The notes under the pieces were generated by a model, which saw nothing but the letters and a program-made list of their open reading frames with translations, did not search any database and was not told the DNA's origin. The position numbers were made by a program, and so were the translations under genes. A stretch of 63,956 nt of DNA, counting the filler, from Chiloscyllium plagiosum (lineage: Eukaryota), in NCBI RefSeq assembly GCF_004010195.1. It is 5 parts of one record of this genome, joined end to end, with 100 filler letters (N's around TTAATTAATTAA, not from the genome) between each part and the next. Parts side by side here need not be neighbours in the genome. Positions count along the whole stretch, not along the records: positions 11,945 to 28,931 come from NC_057716.1; positions 29,032 to 53,434 come from NC_057716.1; 3 more parts are not named here. One strand, written 5' to 3'. Below, piece after piece: positions 26,126 to 39,570 of this stretch; position 1 is the first letter of the stretch; each line of letters opens with the position of its first letter.

Positions 26126-27330
26126 TAGTTAAAAATCACACAGCACCAGGTTATAGTCCAACAGGTTTAATTGGAAACACTAGCTTTTGGAGCGACGCTC
26201 CTTCATCAGGTGGTTGTGGAGGACACAATTGTAAGGCACAGAATTTATAGCAAAGGTTTACAGAGTGATGTAACTGAAATTATACATTGAAAAATATCTT
26301 GATTGAGTCTTTCATCTGTTCAAATACCATGATAGTTACACTTCTTTCATGTGTAAATCACAAAACATTTTTTTAAAGTTGCATTCTCAGGTTAACTGTA
26401 ACAATTGGTGTTAGCTAGACAATATGTTGAAGGTGTTAGCCCCCTGTGTTCTCTGTCTGTGCCATGATGTGAGATAACAGAGTTTTACATGAATTCATGC
26501 AGGTTTTGAGCCTGTGTGTGTGTGTGTCTGTGTATATGTTAGTGCATAAAAGTGTGTGTGTGTAGGAGTGTCTGTGTGTGTGTGTGTGTATAGTGCAATA
26601 GTGGTCACCTGTAGTGTGACATGAACTCAAGATCCCAGTTGAGGCCCTCCCTGTGGGTATGGAACTTAGCTATCAGCCTCTGCTCAGCCACTTTTCGCTG
26701 CTGCATGTCCCGAAGTCTGCCTTGGAGGATGGTCACCCAAAGGTCCGAGGTCGAATGTCCTGGACCGCTGAAGTGTTCCCCAACTGGGAGGGAACACTCC
26801 TGTCTGTTGACTGTTGTGCAGTACCCATTCATCTATTACCATAGCCTCTGCTCAGATTGCCCAACGTAACATGTCTCAGGGCATCCTTGCTTGCAACGTA
26901 TAAGATAGACAATGTGGGCTGAGTCACATGATTACCTGCCACATACATGGTGGGAGGTGTCCCCATATGTAATAGTGGTATCCATGTCCACACTCTGACA
27001 CGTCTTGCAGCACCTACCGTGACAGGGTTGTATGGAGTTGTCCTGAAAGCCGGGCAGCTTGCTACGAACAATGATTTGTTTGAGGTTTAGCGGTTGTTTA
27101 AAGGCAAGTAGTGGAGGTGTGGAGAAGGTCTTGGCGAGGTGCTCATCCTCAATGATAATGTGTTGCAGGTCACAAAGAACATGGCATAGTTTTTCAGCTC
27201 CTGGGAAGTACTGAACAACAAAAGGTCCCCTGTCGGTTGCAGCAAGTGTCTGTCTCCTGAGGAGGTCATTATGGATCCTTGCTGTGGCAAGGCAGAACTG
27301 GCAGTCGATGAGTTGAGCATCATACCCCGT
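26126..27330 (-). mobile_element. PLE family B, inverted arm (GIY-YIG region, CA-rich UTR, pLTR with HHR at ~26178-26212)
   Basis: ORF 26605..26832 SLPVGEHFSGPGH...AEQRLIAKFHTHREGLNWD; reverse complement of the plus arm. Confidence 0.9.
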
Positions 27331-28760
27331 TCGTACCGCAAACCCAACAACCTCACAATGCTACACCTCTCCAGCTTCCACCCAAAACATATTAAAACAG
27401 CTATCCCCTATGGACAAGCCCAATGCGTACACCGGATCTGCTCAGATGAGGAGGAACATGACGGGCACCCGGAAGTACTCAGGGATGCCCTCATAAGAAC
27501 GGGATACGATGCCCAATTCATCGACCACCAGTTCCGATGTGCCACAGCAAGGAACTGTAATGAACTCCTCAGGAGACAGACACATGCTGCAACCGACAGG
27601 GTACCCTTCGTTGTTCAGTACTTCCCAGGAGCTGAAAAACTACGCCATGTTCTTTGTGACCTGCCACACATTATCAATGAGGATGAGCACCTCACCAAGG
27701 TCTTCCCCACACCTCCACTGCTTGCCTTTAAACAACTGCCAAACTTGATCGTAGCAAGCTGCCCGGCGTTCAGGACAACTCCATACAACCCTGTCACAGT
27801 AGGCACTGCAAGACGTGTCAGAGTGTGGACATGGATACCACCATTACACGTGAGGACACCTCCCACCATGTACATGGCAGGTACTCATGTGACTCAGCCA
27901 ACGTTCTTTATCTTATACGTTGCAGGCAAGGATGCCCTAAGGCATGGCACATTGCGCAAACTGAGCAGAGGCTACGGCAACGGATGAATGGGCACCGCAC
28001 AACAGTCAACAGACAGGAGTGTTCCCTCCCAGTTGGGGAACACTTCAGCGGTCCAGGACATTCGACCCCGGACCTTTGGGTGACCATCCACCAAGGCAGA
28101 CTTCGGGACACGCAGCAGCGAAAAGTGGCTGAGCAGAGGCTGATAGCTAAGTTCCATACCCACAGGGAGGGCCTCAACTGGGACCTTGGGTTCATGTCAC
28201 ACTACAGGTGACCACCATTGCACTATATGCACATGCACACAAACACACACACAGGCACTCCTATACACACACATACACACTGGCACACACAAACACAGAC
28301 ACGCACACAGACACTCACACACGTCCTTACAGACACACACGCTCCCACACTCACACATGCATCCTCTCAGAGACTTAGACCACTCTACACTCACACACAC
28401 ACGTATACACACTCTCTCACAGACACTCACAACCCCCCCCACCTCGGACAGACACAGACTCCCACACTCACACATGTACCCCCTCACCGACTTAAGACAA
28501 TCTACACTCACATACACACTCTCTCTCACACCCACAATCCCCCAACCCAGACAGACACACACACACAGACACAAAGATCCACATGCATACATATACATAT
28601 ACGTTTGTGGGATGAATTTGTACTTGCACAATTACTTTGTACTTTGCTCAAAAACTGCATGAATTCATGTAAAACTCTGTTATCTCACTTTTTAGATTAG
28701 AATCAATCTCAACATCATGGCACAGACAGAGAACACAGCGGGCTAACACCTTTAACATAT
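27331..28760 (+). mobile_element. PLE family B, forward arm (RT thumb, linker, GIY-YIG, 3' UTR)
   Basis: YRKPNNLTMLHLSSFHPKHIKTAIPYGQ; SCDSANVLYLIRCRQGCPKAWHIAQTEQRLRQRMNGH (GIY-YIG). Confidence 0.92.
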
Positions 28761-28931
28761 CCAATCCCTCTACACCTCCATCCGCCATGACCAGGGCCTC
28801 CAAGCCCTCTGTTTTTTCCTCTCCAGACGTCCCCAACAGTACCCTTCCACCAACACTCTCATTCGTTTGGCCGAACTGGTCCTCACCCTTAACAATTTCT
28901 CCTTTGAATCCTCCCACTTCCTCCAGACCAA
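28758..28931 (+). mobile_element. PLE family A RT fragment
   Basis: IQSLYTSIRHDQGLQAL...TLIRLAELVLTLNNFSFESSHFLQT. Confidence 0.8.
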
Positions 28932-29031
28932 NNNNNNNNNNNNNNNNNNNNNNNNNNNNNNNNNNNNNNNNNNNNTTAATTAATTAANNNNNNNNNNNNN
29001 NNNNNNNNNNNNNNNNNNNNNNNNNNNNNNN
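28932..29031. other. Artificial assembly spacer
   Basis: N44-TTAATTAATTAA-N44. Confidence 0.97.
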
Positions 29032-30040
29032 ACCTCTAGTCTTCCGGCACCTCACCTGTGACTATCGATGATACAAATATCTCAGCAAGAGGCCCAGCAA
29101 TCACTTCTCTAGCTTCCCATAGAGTTCTTGGGTATACCTGATCAGGTCCTGGGGATTTATCCACCTTTAACTGTTTCAAGACATCCAGCACTTCCTCCTC
29201 TGTAATCTGGACATTTTTCAAGATGTCACCATCTATTTCCCTACAGTCTATATCTTCCATATCCTTTTACATAGTAAATACTGATGCAAAATATTCATTT
29301 AGTATCTCCCCCATTTTCTTTGGCTCCACACAAAGGCCACCTTGCTGATCTTTGAGGAGCCCTATTCTCTTCCTAGTTACCCTTTTGTCCTTAATATATT
29401 TGGAAAAACCCTTTGGATTCTCCTTAATTCTATTTGCCAAAGCTATCTCATGTCCCCTTTTTGTCCTTCTGATGTCCCTCTTAATTATACTCCTACTTTC
29501 TTTATACTCTTCTAAAGATTCACTCAATCTATCCTGTCTATACCTGACATATGCTTCCTTCTTTTTCTGAATCAAACCCTCAATTTCTTTAGTAATCCAG
29601 CATTCCATATACCTACTAGCCTTCCCTTTCACCCTGACAGGAATATACTTTCTCTGGAATCTTGTTATCTCATTTCTGAAGGCTTCCCATTTTTCAGCCG
29701 TCCCTTTATCTGCCAACATCTGCCTCCAAGCTTTCAAAAGTTCTTGCCTAATACTGTCAAAATTGGCCTTTCTCCAATTTAGAACTTCAACTTTTAGATC
29801 TGGTCTATCCTTTTCTATCACTATTTTAAAACAAATATAATTATGGTCACTGGCTCCAAAGTGCTCCCCCACTGACACCTCAGTCACCTGCCCTGCCTTA
29901 TTTCCCAAGAGTAGGTCAAGTTTTGCACCTTTTCTCGTAGGTACATCCACAAACTGAATCAGAAAATTGTCTTGTACACACTTAAGAAATTCCTCTCCAT
30001 CTAAACCTTCAACACTATGCCAGACCCAGTCAATGTTTGA
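29032..30040 (-). mobile_element. CR1 ORF2 fragment (EN C-terminus plus linker)
   Basis: PTRKGAKLDLLLGN...GEHFGASDHN; DKSPGPDQVYPRTL. Confidence 0.93.
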
Positions 30041-30260
30041 TACTTTAAATACATTTCGTATAGCACCTATTCAAATTCCATCGAGAGGAATGAAATTTGT
30101 GCACTTTTAGAATTCAACTAAAAGTTTCCAATTTGGATTCTTTAGGCTGTTCATTAAGTTTGAAGTGTGATTGTTTATTCTCTCAAGATCATTGTGACCC
30201 TGTTTCATAACTATTTCTGCCTCCCTTGCTACATTATTTGTCTCTTTGTAGTGTAATGAG

Positions 30261-30482
30261 ATTCAAGAGTTAGGTGCTGGAAAAACGCAGCAGGTCAGGC
30301 AGCATCCAAGGAGCAGGAGAATCGATGTTTCGGACATAAGCCCTTCATCAGAAGTTCCTGATGAAGGACTTATGCCTCAAACTTCAATTCTCATGCTACT
30401 TGGTTGCTGCCTGACCTGCTATGTTTCTCCGGCACCACACTCTCGACTCAGATCTCCAGCATCTGCAGTCCTCACTTTCTCC
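30261..30482. mobile_element. Fold-back PLE mini-element (family A) with 12-bp TSD
   Basis: TSD tagtgtaatgag (30249-30260) and tagtgttatgag (30483-30494); centre cccttcatcag-aagttc-ctgatgaagg. Confidence 0.88.
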
Positions 30483-30764
30483 TAGTGTTATGAGGTTATT
30501 TTGTTTATATTTTCCTGTTGTTCTAGCTGATGGAGAAAATGTTCCTGCAAAGGGTATTTATTGAAAACAATCTCTGTGTCCATGGCTGACTGCCTACAGA
30601 AATCAAATTAAATTTCCCAATATCTAATACACTTAAACTACTATTACTGTACAATATGTGTTTACTCCAATATGTAATTATAATTATTTAAAAAGGTATC
30701 ATATCGGGTGGGTCAAGCTTTCCCTTTCTATTTCATATTAAACTCATAAATTTCAACTCCGATT

Positions 30765-33700
30765 TGGAGGTACTGGGATAGACAATGTTGAAACTCACAC
30801 AACACCAGGTTACAGTCCAACAGGTTCATTTCAGGGCACCAGCTTTCGAAGCACTGCTTCTTCATCAGATGGTTGTGGAGCAGAATCATATGACATAGCA
30901 ATCCTGTTGCTATAAATTCTGTGTCATTGTAATATAATATTAAACAAATGTAGCTTGAGTCTTTCATCTTTTAGTGTCATAATTTGGAGATGCCGGTGTT
31001 GGACTTGGATGTACAAAGTTAAAAATCACACAACACCAGGTTATAGTCCAACAGGTTTAATTGGAAGTACTAGTTTTCGGAGGGCCACTCCTTCATCAGT
31101 TGGTTGTGGAGGACACAATTGTAAGACACAGAATTTATAGCAAAAGTTTACAGTGTGATGTAACTGAAATTATACATTGAAAAATACTTTGATTGTTTGT
31201 TATGTCTCTCATCTGTTAGAATGACCATGATAGTTTCACTTCTTTCATATGTACGTCACAAAACTATTTTTTAAAAGTTACATTCTCAGGTTAACTGTAA
31301 CAATTGGTGTCAGCCCAGATAAGATGGTAAGATGTTGAAGGTGTTAGCTCCCTGTGTTCTGGTGTCTGTGCCATAATGTTTAGACTGATTCTAATCTAAA
31401 ATGTGAGTTCACAGAGTCTTACATGGATTCATGCAGTTTTTGAGCAAAGTACAATGTAACTCTGCAAGTACACATTCACCACACAAACATATATGTGTGT
31501 GTGTGTGTCTGGGGTGGGGGGGTTGTGTGTGTGAATGGGTCTAAGTCTGTGAGAGGGTGCATGTGGGAGTGTGTGTGTGTCTGTCGGAGTGTATGTGAGT
31601 GAGAGTGTATATGTGTGTGAGTGTAAAGTGGTCTAAGTTTGTGAGTGATCTTTTAGAGTGATCATGTTAGTTTCGATTACTTCATATGTAAATCCCAGAA
31701 CTTTTTAAAAGTTACATTCTCAAGATAGCTTTTAACAATAGGTACCATCTCAATTCAGATAATGCATTGAGGATGTGAAGTTAAAGTCTGTCTGTGTCCC
31801 AATGTTAGTTCAAGAGGTTTATTTGGAAGCACTAACTTTCAGAGCGCTGCCCTTTTATCAGGTAGTTATGGAGGTTAAGATCATGCTCACGGAAGTTATA
31901 GCCAAAGGAGTCCAGTGTCATGGAGATGTGATATAATAAACTTTCATCTTTTATAATGGGATATGCTGGTTTCTGTTCTTTGATATGTAAACCCAGAACT
32001 TTTAAATTATATTCTCAAGATAGTTCAGGTTTTTAAACAATAGGTGTGAAGTCTGTCTGCGTCTCAATGTTATGTCAGAATGACACACCCTCAGTATAGT
32101 TTTACAGAGTTTTACATGGATTCATGGAGTTTTTGAGCAAAATAAAATGTAATTCTTAAAAAAAAACACCTTATAAGCTTATATGTGTGCATGTCTATGT
32201 GCACGTGTGTGTGTGAGTGCACGTGATAGTGTGTATCTATATATGTGTGGGTGTGTAAGTTTGGTTAAGTGTGTGTGTGATGAGGTATGTGTGAGTGAGT
32301 GGTGTGTCAGTGTGAGTGCAGGGGGTGAATGTGTGTGCATATAAGAGAGATCTTGTGTATGAGGGAGGGTCTGTGCATGTGTGTGTGAGAGAGAGAGTGA
32401 GTGTATTGTGCAGTGTGGTAACCTGTAGTGTGACATGAATTCAAGGTCCCAGTTGAGGTCATTCCAATGGGTACCGAACTTGGCTATCAGCTTCTGCTCA
32501 GCCATTCTGGGTTGTTGCTTGTCCCAAAGTCTGCCTTGGAGGATAGTCACCTGAAGCTCAGAGGCCAAATGTCCTGGATCGCTGAAGTGTTCCCCGACTG
32601 GGGGGGAACACTCCTGCCTCGATTGTTGTACGGTGTCCATTCATCTGTTGTCGTAGTGCCTGCTCGGTCTCGCCAATGTACCATGCCTCAAGGCATCCTT
32701 GCCTGCAGCATATGAGATAGACCACGTTGGCTAACTCACATGAGTACTTGCCGCACACATGGTGGGAGATGTCCCCATGTGTAATGGTGGTATCTGTGCC
32801 GATACTCTGACACATCTTGCAGCAACTGCTGTGGCAGGGTTGAACGGTGTTGTTGTCCTGAAGGCTGGGCAATTTGCTACCAATCATGATCTGTTTACGG
32901 TTTGGTGGTTGTTTAAAGGCGAGATGTGGAGGCGTGGGGAAGGTCTTGGCGAGGTGCTCATCCTCATAGATTATGTAATGCAGGCTGTGAAATACTGGAC
33001 AATGAAGAGTACCCTATGTGTTGCAGTCTGTTTCTTTCTCCTGAGGAGGTCATTTCAGTTTCTCACTGTGGCATGTCAGAACTGGTGGTCGATGAGTTGG
33101 GCATCGTACCCTGTTCCTATGAGGTGGAGATGCCGGTGTTGGACTGGGGTGTAGAAAGTTAAAAATCACACAACACTACATTATAGTCCAACAGGTTTAA
33201 TTGGAAGCACTAGCTTTCGGAATGCTGCTCCTTCATCACCTGATGAAGGAGCGTCGCTCCGAAAGAAGTGCTTCCAATTAAATCTGTTGGACTATAATCT
33301 GGTGTTGTGCGATTTTTAATTTTGTTTCTATGAGGGCATCCTTGAGCACTTTCAAGTGTCTGTCATGTTCCTCCTCATCCGAACAGATCCTGTGTGTGCG
33401 AGTATCCTTGTTCACAGAGGATGGCTGTTTTAATATGTTTCGGGTGGAAGTTGGAGAAGTACAGAATCATGAGGTTATCTGTGGGTTTGCAGTACAGTGA
33501 GGTGCTAAGGTGCCCATCCTTAATGGAGATGCATGTGTACAAGAATGAGACAGATACTAAAGAGTAGTCCATGGTATGCCTGATGGGGGGATGAAACTTG
33601 TTGATATCACTGTGTAGTTGTTGCAGTGACTCCTCACCACGGGTCCAGAGGAAGAAAATGTCGTCAATATATCTGGTGTATAGTGTTGGTTGAAGGTCCT

Positions 33701-34845
33701 GTGCAGAAAAGGAGTTTTGTTTGAATTTGTGCTTGAAGATGTTGGCATAATGGGGTGCAAATTTGGTCCCCATGGCCATTCCGTGTGTCTGGTTGTCAAA
33801 GGTGAAAACATTGCAGTCGAGGATGAAGCAGATGAGTTATAGCACAGTGCTCAAAGATTGGCAGTTGTTGGTGTTGAGTACTGAGGCTGTTGCCTTGCTG
33901 CCGTCATCATAGGGGATGCTGGTGGAGAGTGCTGAAATGTCCATTGAGGAATTTTCCTGGCACTAACACAGAGTGGCTGAGCAGAGGCTGACAGCAAAGT
34001 TTTCGACCCATGGGAATGGCCTCAACCAGGACCTTGGGTTCATGTCACACTGCAGGTGACCCCACTGCACTATATATATAATATATACACACACATACTC
34101 ACACACCCACGCAGACCCTCCCTCATACACAAGCTCTCTTTCATATGCGCACACACATACACCCCCACACTCACATTGACACACGCACCCTCTCACACAT
34201 ACCCCATCTCTCTCTCTCACACACACACGTGCACACACACATGCACGCTATCATGTTCACTCATACACTCACATGCACAATCTGTTGCTCCCACATGCAC
34301 TCTCATATAAGCTTATGGAATGAAGTTTTCATTGCAGAATTAAATTTAATATTGCTCAAAAACTACATGAATCCATATAAAACTCTGCAAAACTATACAG
34401 AGGGTTTGTCAGTCTGACATAGCATTGGGACACGGACGAACTTCACATCAATTGTTTAAAAACCTGAGCTATCTTGAGAACGTCATTTAAAAGAAGTTCT
34501 GGGATTTACATATCAAAGAACAGAAACCACCATATTCCATTATAAAAGATGAAAGTTTTAATCAAAGATTGTTAACCGTATCACATTTACATGACACTGG
34601 ACTCCTTTGACTATAGATTCTGTGAGTATGATCTTAACTTCCATAACTACCTGATGAAGGAGCGGTGCTCTAAAAGCTAGTGCTTTCAAATAAACCTGTT
34701 GGACTATAACCTGGTGTTGTGTGATTTTTTTACTTTGTCCACCCCAATCCAACACCAGCACCTCCAAGTCATCCCAATGTTAGGTCAGACTGATTCTATT
34801 TCTAAAGCTGGATTTGGTGTGTGTGTGTGCGTGTAGGTGGGTAAG
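30765..34845. mobile_element. Nested stack of family B PLEs (outer pLTR; inserts ~30980-31647 and 31809-34771; mini 33125-33322)
   Basis: Repeated pLTR aaaatcacacaacaccaggttatagtccaacagg; RT GMAMGTKFAPHYANIF...RYIDDIF (33375..33779); GIY-YIG VVYLICCRQGCLEAWYIGET (32558..32887); TSD tcccaatgttag at 31797-31808 and 34772-34783. Confidence 0.88.
33125..33322. mobile_element. Fold-back PLE mini-element (family B) inserted into the PLE ORF, 13-bp TSD
   Basis: TSD tgttcctatgagg (33112-33124) and tgtttctatgagg (33323-33335); centre gctccttcatca-c-ctgatgaaggagc. Confidence 0.88.
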
Positions 34846-36805
34846 TGTGTTGGAAAAGCACAGCAGGTCAGGCAGCATCCGAGGAGCAGGAGAATTGACA
34901 TTTCAGGCATAAGCCCTTCATCAGAAATGAGGCTTCTGGGTTAAAGCTGAAAGATAAATGGGAGGAGGCTGGGGTTGGGGGGAGGGTAACTGGGAAAGTG
35001 ATACATGGATAAAGGTGAGGAAGAAAGTGATAGGTCAGGGAGGGAGTGATGGACAGGTCCGGAGGACGGTGTCAAGTTGGAAGCTTGGGATTGGGATAAT
35101 GTGGGGGGAGGGGAAATGAGGAAGCTGTTGAAATCCAAATTTATCCCGTGTGGTTGCAGGGTCTCAAGGCATTTCTCCTCCAGGTGTCGGGTGGTAACGG
35201 TTTGGCGGTGGAGGAGGCCCAGGATCTGTATGTCCTTGATGGAATGGGAGGAGAGTTCAACTGTTCAGCCACAGGGCAGTGGGGTTGGTGGGTGCAGGTG
35301 TCCCAGAGATGTTCTCTGAAATGATCCGCAAGTAGACGTCCAGGCTCCCTGATGTAGAGGAGACCACACCGGGTGCAACAGATGCAGTAGAGGTACAGGT
35401 AAATTTCTGACAGATGTGGAAGAATCCCTTGGTGCCTTGGACGGAGGTGAGGGGAGTGGTGTGGGTGCAGGTTTTGCACTTCCTGCAGTGGCAGGGAAAG
35501 GTACCAGGAGTGGGGTGTGGGCTTGTGGAGGGTGTGGACCTGATGAGGGAATGGAATGGTCTTTTTGGAATGCTGATACGGATGGGGAGGGAAATCTATC
35601 TATAGTGGGGGGGGGGGGGGTCCATTTGGAGGTGGCAGAAGTGGCGGAGGATGATGCGTTGGATACGGAGGTTGGTGAGGTGGAAGGTGAGGACCAGGCC
35701 GGTTCTGTCCTTGTTGCATTGGGAGGACTGAGGTTCAAGGGTGGTGGTGTGTGAAGTGGAGGAGATGTGCTAGAGGGCATCGTCAACCATGTGGGAAGGG
35801 AAGTTGCGATCGTGGAAGAAGGAGGCCATCTGGGACTTTCTGAGCTGGAATTGGTCATTCTGGGCAGATGTGGCAGAGGCAGAGGAATTGGGAATAAGGG
35901 ATGGCATTTTTACAGGAGGTAGGGTGGGAGGAGGTGTAGTCTAGGTAGCTGTGGGAGTCGTTGAGTTTATAGTATATGTCTGTAATTAGTCGGTCACCAG
36001 AGATGGTGATGGAGAGGTCCAGGAAGAGGAAGGAGATGGCCGAGATGGTCCAGATGAATTTGAAGTCAGGATGGAAGGTGTTGGTAAAGTTGAAGAACTG
36101 TTCAACCTCCTCTTGGGATCACAAGGTGGCGCTGATACAGTACTCTATGTAGCGGAGGAACAGGTGAGGGGTGGTGCCAGTGTAACTGTGGAAGATGGAC
36201 TGCTCCACATATCTGACAAACAGGCAGGCACAGCTGGGTCCCATGTGGGTGCCCATGGCTACCCCTTTGGTTTGGAGGAAGTGGGAGGATTGGAAGAAGA
36301 AGTTGTTGAAAGTGAGGACCAGTTCAGCCAGGTGAATGAGCGTGTCGGTGGAAGGGTATTGGTTGGGGTGGTGTGAGAGGAAGAAACTGAGGGCTTGGAG
36401 ACCTTTGTTGTGGCAGATCAATGTGCACAGGGACTAGGTATCCATGGTGAAGATGAGGCATTGGGGGCCGGGGAAACAAAAATCTTGGAGGAGATGACAC
36501 CACCATGGGTGATGTCACGAATGCATGTGGGGAGTTTCTGGACTAAGGGGGAGAGGATAGTGTCGAGGTAGGAAGGGATGAGTTCAGTGGGACAGGTGCA
36601 GGCTGAGACAATGGGTCAACCAGGGCAGTCAGTTTTGTGAATCTTAGGAAGGAGGTAGAATCGGGCAATGTGGGATTCACAGACAAGGAGGTTGGAGGTT
36701 GTGGATGGGAGATCCCTAGAGGTGATGAGGTTGTGGATGGTCTGGGAGATGCTGGTTTGGTAATGGGAAGTGAGGTCATGATCAAAGGGGCAGTGTAGAA
36801 GGAGG
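34846..36805 (-). mobile_element. PLE family A (RT, GIY-YIG, pLTR with HHR at ~34893-34925), decayed
   Basis: FYLLPKIHK, HFLQTKGVAMGTHMGPSCACLFV, FLRYI, YCICCTRCGLLYI; ends in the same pLTR as the family A mini-elements. Confidence 0.9.
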
Positions 36806-39085
36806 TTGGCAGTGGGGGACCACTTTGGGGCCAGCGACCATAATTCTATTAGTTTTAAAATAGTGATGGAAAAGGATAGACCAGATCTAAACGTTGAAGT
36901 TCTAAATTGGGGAAAGGCTACTTTTGACAGTATTAGGCAAGAACGTTCAAAAGCTGACTGGGGGCAGATGTTTGCCTGTAAAGGGATGGTTGGAAAATGG
37001 GAAGCCTTCAGAAATGAGATGAGAGTCCAGAGAAAGTATATTCCTGTTTGGGTGAAAGGAAAGGCTGGTAGGTGTAGAGAATGCTGCATGACCAAAGAAA
37101 TTAAGGGCTCGGTTAAGAAGAAGAAGGAAGCATATGTCAGGTATATACAAGATAGATCAAATGATCTATCTTAGAAGAGTATAAAGGCAGTAGGAGTATA
37201 CTTAAGAGGAAAATCAGGAGGGCAAAAAGGGGAAATGATATAGCTTTGGCAAATAGAGTTAAAGAGAATACAAAGGGTTTTTACAAATACATTGAGGCCG
37301 AAAGGGTAGCTAGGGAGACAATAGGGCCCCTCGTAGATTAGCAAGGCAGCCTTTATGTAGAACCGCAGAAGATTGGGGAGATACTAAATGAATATTTTGC
37401 AACAGCGTTTACTCTGAAAAAGGACATGGAAGATATAGACTGTAGGGAAATAGATGGTGACATCTTGAAAAATGTCCAGATTACAGAGGAGGAAGTGCTG
37501 GATGTCTTGAAATGGTTAAAGGTGGATAAATTCCCAGGACCCGATCAGGTGTATCCTCGAACTCTGTGGGAAGCTGGGGAAGTGATTGCTGGGCCTCTTG
37601 CTGAGATATTTGTATCATTGATAGGCATGGATGAGGTGCCGGAAGACTGGAGGTTGGCTAATATGGTGCCATGCTTTAAGAAGGGTGGTAAGGGCAAGCC
37701 AGGTAACTATAGACCAGTGAGCCTGATGTCGGTGGTGGCCAAGTTGTTGGAGGGAATCCTGAGGGATAGGATGTACATGTATTTGGAAACGCAAGGACTG
37801 ATTAGGGATAGTTAACATGGCTTTGTGTGTGGGAAATCATGTCTTTCACACTTGATTGAGTTTTTGAAGAAGTAACAAAGAAGATTAATGAGGGCAGAGC
37901 GGTAGGTGTGATCTATAGGGACTTCAGTAAGACATTCGACAAGGTTCCCAATGGGAGACTGGTGAGCAAGGTTAGATCTCATGGAATACAGAGAGAATTA
38001 GTGATTTGGATACAGTACTGGCTCAACGTTAGAAGACAGGGTGGTGGTGGAGGGTTGTTTTTCAGATTGGAGGCCTGTGACCAGTGGAGTGCCACAAGGA
38101 TCAGTGCTGGGTCCACTACCTTTCATCATTCATATAAATGATTTGGATGTGGACATAAGAGGTATAGTTAGTAAGTTTGTAGATGACACCAAAATTGGAG
38201 GTGTAGTGGACAGCGAAGAAGGCTACCTCAGATTATAACAGGATCAGATAGGCCAATGAGCTGAGAGGTGGCAGATAGAGTTTAATTCAGAAAAATGTGA
38301 GGTGCTGCATTTTGGGAAAGCAAGTCTTAGCAGGACTTATACACTAGCAAGTTCCTGGGGAATTTTGCTGAACAAAGATACCTGGAAGTGCAGGTTCATA
38401 GCTCCTTGAAAGTGGTATTGCAGGTAGATAGAATATTGAAGAAGGCATTTGGTATGCTTTCCTTTGTTGGTCAGAGTATTGAGAACAAGAGTTCGGAGGT
38501 CATGATGCGGCTGTACAAGACAGTGGTTAGGTCACTGTTGGAATATTGCATGCAATTCTGGTCTCCTTCCTATCGGAAAGATGTTGTGAAACTTGAAAGG
38601 GTTCAGAAAAGGTTTACAAGGATGTTGCTAGGGTTGGAGGATTTGAGCTATTCGGAAAGGTTCAATAGGCTAGGGCTGTTTTCCCTGCAGCATCAGAGGC
38701 TGACCTTATAGAGGTGTATAAAATCATGAGGGGCATGGATAGGATAAATAGACAAAGTCTTTTCCCTGGGCTGGGGGTGTCCTGAACTAGAGGACATAGG
38801 TTTAGGGTGAGACAGGAAAGATATAAAAGAGACCTAAGGGGCAACTTTTTCATGCAGAAGGTGGTATATGTATGGAATGAGCTGCCAGAGGAAGTGATGG
38901 AGGCTAGTACAATTGAACATTTGAAAGGCATCTGGATGGGTATATGAATAGGAAGGATTTGCAGGGATATGGGCCGGGTGCTGGCAGGTGGGACTAGATT
39001 GGGTTGGGATATCTGGTCAGCATGGATGAGTTGGACCGAAGGGTCTGTTTCCGTGCTGTACATCTTTATGACTCTATGCCTCTAT
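36806..39085 (+). mobile_element. CR1 LINE, 5'-truncated, decayed ORF2 plus tail
   Basis: GDHFGASDHN, NYRPVSL, PQGSVLGPL, KFVDDTK, tail tttatgactctatg. Confidence 0.95.
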
Positions 39086-39329
39086 ATGAAATGCTACATC
39101 AGCTAAAATTTTCTTCGGATTTTTTTTAATCTGACACAGAAAACCAAACAGCCATTTTGTCATATTCAGCCATGGGCAGCCACAACAACTTATCGTGTAT
39201 GGACATAGGGTAAAATGGCCCCTGAAAGTAATCAAATAAAAGTTTTTAAGACAAAAGGATAAGCCTTCAACATTAGAGTATATATCTGTGTTGTGGGAGC
39301 AGCCTACAAGAGTATGAACAGTAGCTCAA

Positions 39330-39570
39330 GAATATATTAGACAATCACAAACAGCCATGAGAAATGGACAGATGCATTCCAAATCCCAAATATTTCGTGT
39401 GGGGAATGAGGTCTCAGTAGTATTACTTTTAGAAGGTGAACAGTTGAAAGTACAGTTCAGCAATCTATATAGAGTAGTCAAAAGAAATGATAAAATTATT
39501 TGACTGATACCCCAGATGGCAAAAAAAGGAAGCTCCGTCAAATCAACATATTGAAACAAAACAACCTCGG
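39330..39570 (+). mobile_element. Ty3/Gypsy integrase C-terminal remnant
   Basis: SQIFRVGNEVSVVLLLEGEQLKVQFSNLYRVVKR then, frameshifted, DTPDGKKRKLRQINILKQ: resembles the GPY/F module. Confidence 0.55.

Noticed and set aside
28186..28700. Long His/Thr-rich and Cys/Val-rich ORFs (also 32179-32640 and 33963-34417)
   Set aside because: Translations of degenerate (CA)n tracts in PLE 3' UTRs.
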